From a virus (Duplodnaviria > Caudoviricetes), in IMG/VR virus record IMGVR_UViG_2713896750_000003, positions 1-64,000 of that record: a stretch of DNA of 64,000 nucleotides, one strand, 5' to 3'. Within the stretch, counting starts at the first letter, position 1; the number at the start of each line of letters is the position of its first letter. The position numbers were made by a program, and so were the translations under genes. Shown in pieces: positions 19,650-29,545 of the stretch. The notes beneath the pieces were generated by a model, which did no database searches, had not been told where the DNA came from, and was given only the letters and a program-made list of their open reading frames with translations.

Positions 19650-19862
19650 CTATCCGCTTAGAGATTTGAGTTGGTTTTTAAGATCGGCATAAGTGATGCC
19701 AAACAGTAAACAAACCGCCTTCTTTGAAACAGCGTTGTTTCTGATCATGTTACGAATAGTGATTAAATCTTCTTTTGGAATGGAATAGTGCTGCTTGCGG
19801 CAATTGAGTAGGCGATCCCTTACCGCTTGTTCTTCACGAGTCAAAGCCATAATCAACCTCAA
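19650..19862 (-). CDS. Small protein, possible HTH
   Basis: SKKAVCLLFGITYADL HTH-like; likely start at 19850 after GAGG; operator at 19880-19895. Confidence 0.5.
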   Translation of the reverse strand: MRLIMALTREEQAVRDRLLNCRKQHYSIPKEDLITIRNMIRNNAVSKKAVCLLFGITYADLKNQLKSLSG

Positions 19863-20072
19863 ACTAAAGACAATACAACTTAAGTAACTGCTTAATATTA
19901 AACATTATTAATTTATAAGTGTAAACAATAGACCGATGGGCCAGAAGAAAGCTGAATTGCGAAATATCAACGGCGTATTCCCCAAAAATCATTTTTTAAT
20001 TTGAAAAGCGTGGTATCCACCCTTAAACTCAAAAAATTAAATTTGAGTTTAAGTTGAAAATAAACAGGTGGT

Positions 20073-21431
20073 ATGAGTATGTCTAGATTGAGAAAGCCCC
20101 CTAAAATCAGTGAGTTGTTGAGTAAATACACTCAAGAAGAAATTTTCTCTCTTATGGGTAAGTACTCAGTCACCGACAGCAAAGGCCAATATCTACACTG
20201 GGATAAGTTTAAGTGGCGAGTGCCAAGAGGAGAAGATCAAGAACTGGCTTGGGTATTGACCAAGTTCGCGAGAGGCTCTGTCTCCAAGAAGATAGATAAT
20301 CTGACTGCGGAACGAGGCAAGAAATTTCAATACTGCGTCCCTGAATCATTACAGGCAATGCTTCACCGTATCGACACGCAAACTGGCGGCGGATATAAAA
20401 TTGGTGAAGACTCCTTTGTCACAAGCAGAGAAAAAGACCGCTACTTAGTAAAAAACCTAATGATGGAAGAGGCGATTACTTCATCGCAGTTAGAAGGAGC
20501 CTCGACAACCAGAAAAGTAGCCAAAGAGATGTTAGAGGAGAACCGTCCGCCCAAGGACAAGTCAGAACAGATGATCTTCAACAATTTCATCTTGATGAAG
20601 AAGGCCGTTGAACTAAAAGACGAGCCTTTGTCCATCGACATGATCCTAGATCTCCATAAGGCCGCAACCCTCAAGGCGATTGACAACAATGCGACACCCG
20701 GTGCCTTACGTACAGACAACGACATAACGGTAGCCAACATTTACAACGAAGTCGCTCACGAGCCACCTTGTAATACGACTCTAGTAGATCGATTGAATGA
20801 GCTATGTGAATTTGCCAATTTCTGCCATGACGAAGAGAGTTCGGCCAACTTCATGCATCCAATTATCAAGGCGATAATCTTGCACTTCATGATTGGCTAC
20901 ATTCACCCATTTGGAGACGGGAACGGCAGAACGGCAAGAGCTTTGTTCTACTGGTTCATGCTTAAATCTGGATACTGGCTGTTTGAGTACGTTTCGATAA
21001 GTAAGCTGATACAGGAAAAAAGAGGCGAGTACGACAACGCTTACATTTACACGGAGACGGACGATTTCGATCTGACGTACTTCCTTTATCATCAAGTTGA
21101 TGTCGTCAACAAGGCGGTTAATGCCCTACATGAGCACGTAGAGAAAAAACGCAAGGAATTCTATGAGTTCATGGAATGGATAGAGAAAAGCCCTGTGTCT
21201 CAAAGACTAAAACAGGGAGAGCTGGAAATATTGAAAACGGCGGTGAAAAATCCGGGTAAGATGTTCACAGCAAAAGTGGTAGCATCAGATCTCGGCGTTA
21301 ACGAAAATACCGCTCGCTCTTATCTAGGGACACTGGTAAAGGAGGACTTGCTTCTCGTTTCTACCAGAAAAGGGCAACGCGGCAACGTCTATATAGCTCC
21401 TGTTGGCTTGAGAGACAAATTGAGAATATAA
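20073..21431 (+). CDS. fic: Fic-domain protein (class II) with C-terminal winged helix
   Basis: HPFGDGNGRTAR catalytic motif, SSQLEG inhibitory helix, C-terminal AKVVASDLGVNENTARSYL. Confidence 0.93.
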   Translation: MSMSRLRKPPKISELLSKYTQEEIFSLMGKYSVTDSKGQYLHWDKFKWRVPRGEDQELAWVLTKFARGSVSKKIDNLTAERGKKFQYCVPESLQAMLHRIDTQTGGGYKIGEDSFVTSREKDRYLVKNLMMEEAITSSQLEGASTTRKVAKEMLEENRPPKDKSEQMIFNNFILMKKAVELKDEPLSIDMILDLHKAATLKAIDNNATPGALRTDNDITVANIYNEVAHEPPCNTTLVDRLNELCEFANFCHDEESSANFMHPIIKAIILHFMIGYIHPFGDGNGRTARALFYWFMLKSGYWLFEYVSISKLIQEKRGEYDNAYIYTETDDFDLTYFLYHQVDVVNKAVNALHEHVEKKRKEFYEFMEWIEKSPVSQRLKQGELEILKTAVKNPGKMFTAKVVASDLGVNENTARSYLGTLVKEDLLLVSTRKGQRGNVYIAPVGLRDKLRI

Positions 21432-21455
21432 AAAGGGAGCGTAATGCTCCCTTTT
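21430..21455. terminator. Bidirectional terminator between fic and recA
   Basis: AAAAAGGGAGC-GTAAT-GCTCCCTTTT. Confidence 0.75.
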
Positions 21456-21545
21456 ATTTAAGTATCTAGCTGCGTTTTGTATCAATTTGACTGTTAGCTT
21501 GTCTGAGTCTAAAAAATGCGTCAGAAAGCGATACAGAGCGATTTA

Positions 21546-22535
21546 TTAGCTAGGTAACAGCTTAACTAGCTCGTCATATAGATCGTTATCTTCGATAAGC
21601 TTAACAAGCGGTTTACGGTGATACTTCTTGTCTTTGAACTCAATGTAAGCACCTGACTTTTTGAGCACACCTTGCTCGCAAAGCAAATCGATCATGCCGC
21701 CAACTTTGTCAAGATACCCAGTACCGTCCTCTTTGAACAAGAAGTCCCATTCGCACTTCTGAAATGGACGAGAAACTTTATTCTTCACCACTTTCGCAGT
21801 GATTTTCTGTCCATATTCTTCGCCACCTTCCTTCAATACCTTGCGAGATAGAGCGATACGAACGGATGCATAGAAGCCCGGAGCTTTGCCGCCAGAGGTT
21901 TTTGTGTTGTCACCAAACATCACTCCAGGATCTTGACGAATTTGATCTAGGAATAGCATGAGACAGTTGGTTTTCTCCGCATGCAATGTGAGGGCTGGAA
22001 ACACAGAAGAACAGGCAGCAGCGAGGGCTAGCTTGTCGTTCATCTTCAATTCGTCGGCATCTTTATCCAGTTTTTGTCTCGGCACCATTGAAGCCAAAGA
22101 ATCGTACACAACGATAAGAGGAGCTTCATCAGGGACAATCTTGTTGTCTCGAATGTAATGAGCCCATTTGATCGATTTGCTAATAGACTCCTCAAATGAA
22201 TCTGGGTACTGCAATGAGAAGTGCCCCTTTCGTGTATCTAGTCCATTTTCTTCTGCGAGATGCTTCATGAAGGAACGCTCGTGATCCATAAACAAAGCTA
22301 AGCCACCTTGTCGCTGTGCTGCGGCCATGGCTTCTGTAGAAATAAGCGTCTTACCTGAGCTGGCATCTCCATACATCTGCACAATACGCCCAACAGGAAG
22401 ACCACCGTTGTAGTCTCCAGATAATGCATAGTTAAGCGGCGGGTAACCAGTATCTAGCCAGATTTTTACACCTTCTGTCTCTGGCTCGCCACCGAAGATC
22501 TCGTCGATTGCGGATGCTGCGTCTTTAGTGCTCAT
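21546..22535 (-). CDS. recA: RecA/UvsX-like recombinase
   Basis: GGLPVGRI, GDASSGKT, VYDSLA, QIR, SGGKA..FYASVRI, VVKNKV. Confidence 0.93.
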   Translation of the reverse strand: MSTKDAASAIDEIFGGEPETEGVKIWLDTGYPPLNYALSGDYNGGLPVGRIVQMYGDASSGKTLISTEAMAAAQRQGGLALFMDHERSFMKHLAEENGLDTRKGHFSLQYPDSFEESISKSIKWAHYIRDNKIVPDEAPLIVVYDSLASMVPRQKLDKDADELKMNDKLALAAACSSVFPALTLHAEKTNCLMLFLDQIRQDPGVMFGDNTKTSGGKAPGFYASVRIALSRKVLKEGGEEYGQKITAKVVKNKVSRPFQKCEWDFLFKEDGTGYLDKVGGMIDLLCEQGVLKKSGAYIEFKDKKYHRKPLVKLIEDNDLYDELVKLLPS

Positions 22536-22546
22536 TATTTTACCCC

Positions 22547-23260
22547 TTATGCTGCTTTATCAGTGGCTGTTAGTTTTTGAATTTGGTGCTCAACAAGCTT
22601 GTTAATTTCTCTGTTCGTCAGCTCTGGCCTCTTTGCTTTGAGCTCCATTCGAATCTGATTTCTGATCTTGCTGAGTTGCTTTTCACGTAATTTTTCAGCG
22701 TATTCGGCATCATGCTCCTCGCGCTTAAATGACCAGAGCGCGGGAAGGTCAAAGCGATTGCCGTAATCCCAAACGAACCAAGCGTACTCTGAGTTGTCCG
22801 AGCCGCCATGAACAAACTGAGGGCGAGGTGTCAACGTAAACAAGTTGGTAACAGGGAATTTGCGCCAAAAATCAGCTCGCTCCTTGCTGCCTAACATGCT
22901 CATTCTTAACAACATGCAAACAGTCCCGTTTTCATTTAGGTCGCGATCGATTGCGGTTCGAATAAACTCCATTGCGTGAGAGAATGGAGGGTTGGTGACG
23001 ATGATATCCGCAGATAGGTCGACACCTTTAGGGTTCAAGTAATCTCTATGCGCAGAAATCTCAGCCCATTTCTTTTCATGCCCTGTAGGGAATCGATCAA
23101 ACACCCGACCGTCTCCCATCGCTGGCTCTGAAAAAATATCGCCGCTTTTTGCTTTAAGATGAGACATCAGCGCATCTATGCACCAGATTGGTGTTGGATA
23201 GTAGTCTCTTTTCTGACGCTCTTTAGCCATTGCACTGCACCTTATGCTGTTGAACTTCAT
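22547..23260 (-). CDS. DNA N6-adenine methyltransferase (orphan)
   Basis: DYYPTP, EPAMGDG SAM-binding loop, TNPPF catalytic motif, YAWFVW. Confidence 0.85.
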   Translation of the reverse strand: MKFNSIRCSAMAKERQKRDYYPTPIWCIDALMSHLKAKSGDIFSEPAMGDGRVFDRFPTGHEKKWAEISAHRDYLNPKGVDLSADIIVTNPPFSHAMEFIRTAIDRDLNENGTVCMLLRMSMLGSKERADFWRKFPVTNLFTLTPRPQFVHGGSDNSEYAWFVWDYGNRFDLPALWSFKREEHDAEYAEKLREKQLSKIRNQIRMELKAKRPELTNREINKLVEHQIQKLTATDKAA

Positions 23261-23621
23261 ACTTGTAATCGACTATTTTGGACAGAGAGACCCACTCGCT
23301 GACCAAGTCTCTAACCGTAACTTCAATCTCCTCTCTCGAAGGGAGAGATTGCGCGTAGCTAACGTGATCAACTAGCCACTCGGCAAAGTTGTACATTTGC
23401 TCGTAGTGAAAGACGCCGGGAAGGCCGTTCAACTCGACTGTCATATCGGTAAGAGTTGCGTCTGCAATCTCGGCAACGCTTGCTAGTTCTATGCAGGCAT
23501 CGATACGACCTCCACCATTGCTAACCATTTCGTACCAGCCCTGTTCCAGATCGAATGACTCTTGAAGTTCCGCCCAAAGAAACGCCATGAAAGCTGATTT
23601 ATCTGATTGATATTGCATCAT
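23223..23621 (-). CDS. Hypothetical protein
   Basis: Coupled ORF in operon. Confidence 0.55.
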   Translation of the reverse strand: MMQYQSDKSAFMAFLWAELQESFDLEQGWYEMVSNGGGRIDACIELASVAEIADATLTDMTVELNGLPGVFHYEQMYNFAEWLVDHVSYAQSLPSREEIEVTVRDLVSEWVSLSKIVDYKYEVQQHKVQCNG

Positions 23622-24559
23622 GCGGCCTCCTTAGAGAAAAACAGGTTGCTAAACACTTCACGCTTGCCAAGTACAGAGTGAAACGCCAACTCCTCACAAA
23701 GTTCAAAGAAGGCTGCTTCATTCTTAGTCTTTTTCATGATTTGAATTTGCTTAGGCTTTGGAGCGAGAGACAGATCCATCAACTTGCGGTTACGAGTGTA
23801 AATCTTCACAAGTTCGGGGTCGGTGCAGAATGCGTTCATCTTTTTGATGTAGCGACCAAACTCAGAGCCGATGTTTTCTTTAGTGAATCCGCCAAGAGCT
23901 TTGTGCTCTGCAATCATGTCTTTGACGGTTGGCCACTTCATAAAGATGTTCTGACAGGCTTTAGCGCCAAGGCCAGGGATACCGTCAATATTGTCTGAGG
24001 AGTCGCCTAAAATACATTTCGAATCAACGAACGCTTCTGCCGATTCGAATCCAGTGAAATTGCTGAACAACTTGTGAGTACATGAGCGATCGAGACGAGG
24101 GTCGTACCAACTAATATTTTCATGTTTAGCGACCATTTGAAGCCAGTCTTTATCTGAAGTGACTAAGATTACGTTGTAACCTTTCTCCGCATAGTGCAAA
24201 GATAGATGGTATGCAATGTCATCGGCTTCTAGCCCTTCATGGAAGACTTGAGGGATACCCAAGTAAGTAAGCATCTTTTCGATGAAAGGCTGTTGAGAGT
24301 GATACTCCTCTTTTGCTTTTACCTTTTCAGGCGTATTGTCTCGCTTGCCTTTATAGTCAGGGTAAAGCGAGTAGCGAAACTCGGCTTTTCGATCCCATAG
24401 GTACATGAACTGAGCGTTTTTTGCTCGACCCAAGAGGCCGCGAATATTCATGAGGACATTGTAGATTGCTTGGGTAGGTTGACCGCCTGCATTAAGATCG
24501 GCAGCGTGTTGACCGGCATAACCTACACTGTTTGCATCAATAAGGTATAGATTTGGCAT
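23618..24559 (-). CDS. 5'-3' exonuclease / flap endonuclease (T4 RNase H, PolI N-domain type)
   Basis: LIDAN, R..LYPDYKGKR, EADD, TSDKD, GDSSDNIDGIPGLG. Confidence 0.92.
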   Translation of the reverse strand: MPNLYLIDANSVGYAGQHAADLNAGGQPTQAIYNVLMNIRGLLGRAKNAQFMYLWDRKAEFRYSLYPDYKGKRDNTPEKVKAKEEYHSQQPFIEKMLTYLGIPQVFHEGLEADDIAYHLSLHYAEKGYNVILVTSDKDWLQMVAKHENISWYDPRLDRSCTHKLFSNFTGFESAEAFVDSKCILGDSSDNIDGIPGLGAKACQNIFMKWPTVKDMIAEHKALGGFTKENIGSEFGRYIKKMNAFCTDPELVKIYTRNRKLMDLSLAPKPKQIQIMKKTKNEAAFFELCEELAFHSVLGKREVFSNLFFSKEAA

Positions 24560-24637
24560 TGAGCCTCCTAGCTTTTCCAAGAGAGAAAGAGCCAACACTT
24601 GTTGGCTCTTTAGTGAGATTTCCCGATAAAATGACGA

Positions 24638-25567
24638 TTACAGATCGTCTAGGTCAGCTAGTAGCTCGTCGATATCATCAATATCACCGCCACCCACGCT
24701 TACGTCATCAGTGCCAGTTTTCTTAACTTCGACAATCTCCGCTTCTTCAATTTCTGCAAGCGTCTCGTCCATAACATCCATCATGTCGTCATCAACAGAT
24801 GATTTAGGTGAAGACTTGTGCTCGATTGATGCGCTTGATGGTTTAGGTGCGCGATCAGGAAGAATGCCGACCGTTGCATTGATGGCGTTAATGGCTTTCT
24901 TTAGCCCTTCATCGTGCTCTTGTTGAACGAATTCCTGTAGATCGCTCATTTGGTCAAGAACAGATGGATCGATAGGCGTCGACTTAACGGCAGCCATCAC
25001 TTCGTACTTAGTATTCAAGCCAGTACCTTCACGAGTGATCACAAGGTCGACACCATTCTCTGGGTCGAAAATGTCGATACCTTCGCTTTGGTATTCTTCC
25101 CAAATGTTGATGACCTTTTCGAATGTGGTTGGGGTCATCTGCATAATTTGAGGAACGTTCGCTTTGTCAGATGAGCTACGATGTAACACGTTGACCAGAA
25201 CTTCTGCGCGCTTACATTTCGCATCTTCAATCAGATCTAACTGCTCGTCAGTGGTTGCATGACGTGCAGACTCCTCGATAGCCGCACATACGTCGCAAGG
25301 CTTGTTAAACGTCTTATCAACACAAACGTAAACCGCCTTTACCTTGTTACGGCCAGAAGTCGCATCTTTTTCTTCGCCCTTAACGTAGTGCAAGCCAAAG
25401 TCGGCCCAGAAAGGCGCATCCTCCCCTTTAGAAGGGTGAGCAGGGAGAATTCGGAATTTATGTTTACCCATAGGGATTCGCAATACATCAGCACGCTGCC
25501 CCGATGCTGCTTGAATAGCCTTTTTCTTGGCTGCCAATTTTTCACGAAGTTTTGCAGATACGCTCAT
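24638..25567 (-). CDS. Single-stranded DNA-binding protein, gp32-like
   Basis: FRILP, C...CDVC zinc ligands, GVDLVITREGTG..TKY, acidic tail DDIDELLADLDDL. Confidence 0.8.
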   Translation of the reverse strand: MSVSAKLREKLAAKKKAIQAASGQRADVLRIPMGKHKFRILPAHPSKGEDAPFWADFGLHYVKGEEKDATSGRNKVKAVYVCVDKTFNKPCDVCAAIEESARHATTDEQLDLIEDAKCKRAEVLVNVLHRSSSDKANVPQIMQMTPTTFEKVINIWEEYQSEGIDIFDPENGVDLVITREGTGLNTKYEVMAAVKSTPIDPSVLDQMSDLQEFVQQEHDEGLKKAINAINATVGILPDRAPKPSSASIEHKSSPKSSVDDDMMDVMDETLAEIEEAEIVEVKKTGTDDVSVGGGDIDDIDELLADLDDL

Positions 25568-25675
25568 TTGTTTATTCCCATTTTGTTTGTTGTTTCATTG
25601 GTGCCGGTGGCAACTGTGCTCTCGCGGTGTTGCTCCTAGCTCATAAAGATTAATAAATCTTATATAGTTATTGTA

Positions 25676-25691
25676 TTAAGCGCTTACTTAG
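25676..25691. promoter_or_regulatory. Operator copy upstream of ssb
   Basis: TTAAGCGCTTACTTAG. Confidence 0.6.
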
Positions 25692-25719
25692 TTTTGCAAG
25701 CGCTTAAAACGCATTACCT

Positions 25720-26292
25720 TTACTCTGCCGATTCCTCTTCTTGAGGTGTCACCTGAACGGTTTTCAAAGATGACGCCTTAACTGGCAAATCAATCTCTAC
25801 CCATGACTTTTTACCGTCCAGCTTGTATTCACCATTCTCACTAGGGAACGACAGACCTTCAGTAAAGAAAACCTTACCTTCACTTTTAACGACACGCGGA
25901 TCACGCCAGTTAAACATCAGATTGTCTTCTTTAGATGGACGCCACTCGTCATCCTCCCCAGTTAAGTCTGTCAGAAGATCGCCTTTTGCAAGAGTGGCAA
26001 GCAAGCCAACAGTAAGAGTGATATCTTCTTGACGGTCAAACTGTTGAGCGTTAAGAACGGCAAGAAGATCAAGCGCGTTGGACGCCACTTTTCGACTAAT
26101 CTTTTCATCTTCATCTTTGCTTAGCATGTGGTTTACTTCAGCAACAGCCTTCTGAAACTGAGCGCCGCTAGAAGATGCAGGAATACCGCCATTGTTTCTA
26201 ATAAACGCGTCGTGATAGCTGGCGATACGCTGCGACGTTAGCAGATTGACCTTTTCTTCTATAACCTGATCCATTGATGTGTTTTGCTTCAT
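25720..26292 (-). CDS. Hypothetical phage protein
   Basis: LTDLTGEDDEW motif; coupled ORF. Confidence 0.55.
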   Translation of the reverse strand: MKQNTSMDQVIEEKVNLLTSQRIASYHDAFIRNNGGIPASSSGAQFQKAVAEVNHMLSKDEDEKISRKVASNALDLLAVLNAQQFDRQEDITLTVGLLATLAKGDLLTDLTGEDDEWRPSKEDNLMFNWRDPRVVKSEGKVFFTEGLSFPSENGEYKLDGKKSWVEIDLPVKASSLKTVQVTPQEEESAE

Positions 26293-26837
26293 ATCTTTGA
26301 TTCTCTTTTGATTCGTTCAATTCGTTGAGCGTGAGTTTCCTCGCTCTCAACCCCTTTCAAATACAGCTCGCCTTTTCGCTCCTCCAATCTGGCTTTGCCT
26401 TTCTGAACAAGCATATCTCGACGCTGCTTGAATGCCTCTAAACCCTCTTTGATAATGGTTGCTCGCATTCTCGCCAAGTTAGCCTTGTTAATCGCCTCGA
26501 TCACATCGGCACTTCTTGCTACTTCCGCTTCAAGCTGAGCCTCAGTGAACTTCACCCCTCGACCCGCCTTTGCATTTCGCAGAGTGGAGTACTTTTTCGC
26601 CCTTAACACTTCTACTTGGGACTTAGCATGATCGGCCTCGTACTGCGCCTTTGCGTACAGAGTGGAGTAGTATGCGTACAGAGACGCCTGCTCTGTCATG
26701 CACCCGTCGAGGTCGGAATCTCTTATCTGTAAGTCCTTTCGAAGTTGCTCAGCGGAAAAAGAAGCCGACTTTTTCTCTGAGCCTGTATGTGGCTCAACTT
26801 CATCCGTTAGACTGTCAAGTTTTCCTGCTTCTAGCAT
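26289..26837 (-). CDS. UvsY-like recombination mediator (helical)
   Basis: Q..LYAYY...., KFTEAQLEA.V, EAFKQRRDML; located next to ssb and recA. Confidence 0.6.
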   Translation of the reverse strand: MLEAGKLDSLTDEVEPHTGSEKKSASFSAEQLRKDLQIRDSDLDGCMTEQASLYAYYSTLYAKAQYEADHAKSQVEVLRAKKYSTLRNAKAGRGVKFTEAQLEAEVARSADVIEAINKANLARMRATIIKEGLEAFKQRRDMLVQKGKARLEERKGELYLKGVESEETHAQRIERIKRESKI

Positions 26838-26850
26838 GAGTTAACTCCAA

Positions 26851-26878
26851 TTCAAATTAAGTGATTACTTAATTTGAA
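26851..26878. promoter_or_regulatory. Extended palindromic operator
   Basis: TTCAAATTAAGTGATTACTTAATTTGAA. Confidence 0.7.
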
Positions 26879-26937
26879 ACTTATACTAACACAAAACAAT
26901 TGAATTAAAAGAGAGAAAATTTAACTACCTTTGGTCG

Positions 26938-27423
26938 TCAAGCGTGAAGAGTCGCCGTTTTCTGTCTCAATATCGTTGTGTAATCTTGCATGTTAAAATC
27001 TGGATGACCCGGAAGTAAACCGTTCATGTCCGGCCAAAGGATCTGTGCAAATTTAGGAGTAGTAAATGGCTTGTAATACTCAAAGGCTTGAACAGCAAAT
27101 TCATCACGTAAAAGGTCATCACTGTTATCCAGCTCTACAATCTTAATGGGTAGATTGTTGCCGTCTCTATCTGCAATAAAGTCAGTCTGAATACCCACCT
27201 TAACGCCATTTTGTCTCCACTCATCAATGATGGAAGTGAAAATGGTATGAACGTGCTCGCTGCGCATCCCACCTACAAGAATCAGTTCCGGTAAGTCGAG
27301 ATCGGTTAGCCCAACGGTGTAGAAGAAAGGGTTGTGATATTCGTCACCACGAGATGGAGATATCCCAAACATGTGCCATCCGTAATTCTCGATGTTCTCG
27401 TGAATGATTTCGTAAATTGTCAT
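26938..27423 (-). CDS. DUF4262-like protein
   Basis: YTVGL...PELILVG, QILWPD.NG.LP. Confidence 0.75.
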   Translation of the reverse strand: MTIYEIIHENIENYGWHMFGISPSRGDEYHNPFFYTVGLTDLDLPELILVGGMRSEHVHTIFTSIIDEWRQNGVKVGIQTDFIADRDGNNLPIKIVELDNSDDLLRDEFAVQAFEYYKPFTTPKFAQILWPDMNGLLPGHPDFNMQDYTTILRQKTATLHA

Positions 27424-27489
27424 GATAACTCCGTTTTCAATTCTTATTTAATAAGAGCGTCATTACTTTAACCTTGTTTAAGGCCGTGA

Positions 27490-27777
27490 TTAGTCAACAA
27501 CGCTTGAGCCATAAAACTCACCCATCGTCAGTGAGCGCTTAACATTGGTATTCGCACACACGGCATATCTGTTGTACTTCTGACGTCCAAAGTACTCCCA
27601 ATCAAATTTTGGATTGTCCAAATCTAAACTCTCATGATTGACCATCTTTAAAGCTTCATGTTCGGGCTTTGGGTCTTTGAAGTCGCGTTCAATAAAAAGA
27701 CTTGTCTTCATTAAATTCACCTCTACTGCTTCTTTATGTTGAATATGATATCTATGCAAGAAAGGGCTATCTAACAT
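27490..27777 (-). CDS. Hypothetical protein
   Basis: ORF in run of small genes; start uncertain. Confidence 0.45.
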   Translation of the reverse strand: MLDSPFLHRYHIQHKEAVEVNLMKTSLFIERDFKDPKPEHEALKMVNHESLDLDNPKFDWEYFGRQKYNRYAVCANTNVKRSLTMGEFYGSSVVD

Positions 27778-27786
27778 ACCCTCAGG

Positions 27787-28089
27787 TCAGTCCCACTCTG
27801 GCTGAACACTCACAATCTTGTTATATCGCCAAAGCGCATCAAGTAGAGAATCGCACCGCCACTTATTGTCAATGTACGAGCGACCGTCGATAACGCCTTC
27901 TTTATCGTCTGAGTGATCCCAAGAGCGATTTCTTGTTAATCGAACTACCCACCACTGATCGCTGCGGAAAAGTCGCTTTTGACGGTAAAGATGAAACTCT
28001 ATCTCAATCTTTGAACCGCCCGGATTAGGCTGAGCAGCAAATTTAGGATTGATAAAGGGAGAAAATATGGAATCAATTACCACTCTCAC
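27787..28089 (-). CDS. Hypothetical protein
   Basis: ORF in run of small genes. Confidence 0.45.
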   Translation of the reverse strand: MRVVIDSIFSPFINPKFAAQPNPGGSKIEIEFHLYRQKRLFRSDQWWVVRLTRNRSWDHSDDKEGVIDGRSYIDNKWRCDSLLDALWRYNKIVSVQPEWD

Positions 28090-28092
28090 AGT

Positions 28093-28281
28093 TCACCCCT
28101 GAAAAACATGACCAGGCTTAACGGAATCCGCTTCATCTTTCGTCTTGAACATAAGCGTATGCTCGGAGCAACGACCATAAGCAATAGCCTCAACGTCAAC
28201 CAACCAGAGCCCGAATTCCTGTCTTGGCTTGCTAGCCACTCTTGTTACCACAAGATCAATCAAATTCATTTCAACCTCCAT
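28093..28281 (-). CDS. Small hypothetical phage protein
   Basis: GGAGG RBS before MNLID. Confidence 0.5.
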   Translation of the reverse strand: MEVEMNLIDLVVTRVASKPRQEFGLWLVDVEAIAYGRCSEHTLMFKTKDEADSVKPGHVFQG

Positions 28282-28366
28282 TCATATAGATCAGTCTTAA
28301 TCGCTATATTTGTTAGCTTGCGTACAATAAGTAAGTGAGGAAGGGGCTTCACTAAGCCCCTATGGT

Positions 28367-29545
28367 TTAGCTCAATGCCTCTGCCACCTCGCAGAAAATC
28401 TCGTCCAGAATGTTCTGAACTTCAGGCTTTACGTATGTCATTTGAGGGTTCGGAGCAAAATAGATAGAGCAATCTCGCTTCACGTCATAAACAACCTGCC
28501 CCGCCAGTGTCTCCCATCCACCTTTCACGTCAGGACATAATGCTCTAATTGCTGCGCCTCCCGCGCACACGACGACGCTAGGCTTAAGCAAGTCCATTTC
28601 TCGATAGAGATAGTCAATCCAACGGTTTATTTCGTCACTGGTGAGCTGTTTATCTTTCTTTTTGGCTTTGACTACGCCAGTGTAGTAGCCCTCTGACTTT
28701 TTAAGCCCCGCAGCCTCAAGTGCAGATTTTGTGTACCCAAATGACTTTCCATCTGCGAATTTGCCTGCCTGATCTTCTGAGAAAGAAGCGCAATCGGTGA
28801 TCATCATGAATTTCGGCCTCGCCCCGAAATTAGGTATCACGGGGTTTACATCAGTGGTAAAGCCTTCTTCATCTAGTCCCTCCGCCTTTATTTCTTCACA
28901 GAGCTTGGCTAGTTCTTCCTTCACTGACTTCACATCGAGGCCACGACTTGCCTTTACGTTATTCAGCATAAGGTTAGGAATGAGCTCTTTCTGGTCTTTC
29001 AGCCTGTCTGGGTGTCTAGGGTCGATTGCGTCCGGATCGATGTCGCAGAAGGCACCGACCGCATCTAGGTTTTCTTGCGCTCGCTTGTTGCAATACCGCT
29101 TCTCGATAGATTCAAGAAAGTGATTTTTGCTTTTGAATCGACCACCTACTCTCTCACGAGCGGACAGTATCATCTGAGTGCCTTTTTCTGACACTTGCTT
29201 CACTCGATTCAAAGGAGCATAAAGAATGTGCTGCTCACGCTTTTCGTCGTAACCAATCTCAAAGGTATCAGTTGAATTATTGATACAAGGAGGAACAACA
29301 AATACGCCATTCTCTGCGGCGTCTTTAACGATAGGGGTGAGAGCGTCCTCTTTGGCTATGGATAGACTCGCAGCAAAAAACTCTGCGGGGTAATAACATT
29401 TAAGATACTGGCAAATATACGAAATCAATGTGTACGAGACGGAGTGGCTCTTGTTAAACTGATAACCTCCATTTTCTTCGATTTTTTGCCAGAGTAGAGC
29501 TGCTTCTACTTCACTCATGCCGGACTCTCGATTGATAATTTTCAT
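28367..29545 (-). CDS. dnaE: DNA polymerase III alpha, C-terminal fragment, fused to a degenerate UDG-like domain
   Basis: YQFNKSHS.SY, YLK.YYPAEF, PPCINNS, HhH region; ATG at 29545 overlaps the HNH stop (ATGA). Confidence 0.9.
   Translation of the reverse strand: MKIINRESGMSEVEAALLWQKIEENGGYQFNKSHSVSYTLISYICQYLKCYYPAEFFAASLSIAKEDALTPIVKDAAENGVFVVPPCINNSTDTFEIGYDEKREQHILYAPLNRVKQVSEKGTQMILSARERVGGRFKSKNHFLESIEKRYCNKRAQENLDAVGAFCDIDPDAIDPRHPDRLKDQKELIPNLMLNNVKASRGLDVKSVKEELAKLCEEIKAEGLDEEGFTTDVNPVIPNFGARPKFMMITDCASFSEDQAGKFADGKSFGYTKSALEAAGLKKSEGYYTGVVKAKKKDKQLTSDEINRWIDYLYREMDLLKPSVVVCAGGAAIRALCPDVKGGWETLAGQVVYDVKRDCSIYFAPNPQMTYVKPEVQNILDEIFCEVAEALS

Noticed and set aside
22547-23260. Restriction-modification system
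   Set aside because: No recognisable cognate endonuclease; treated as an orphan methyltransferase
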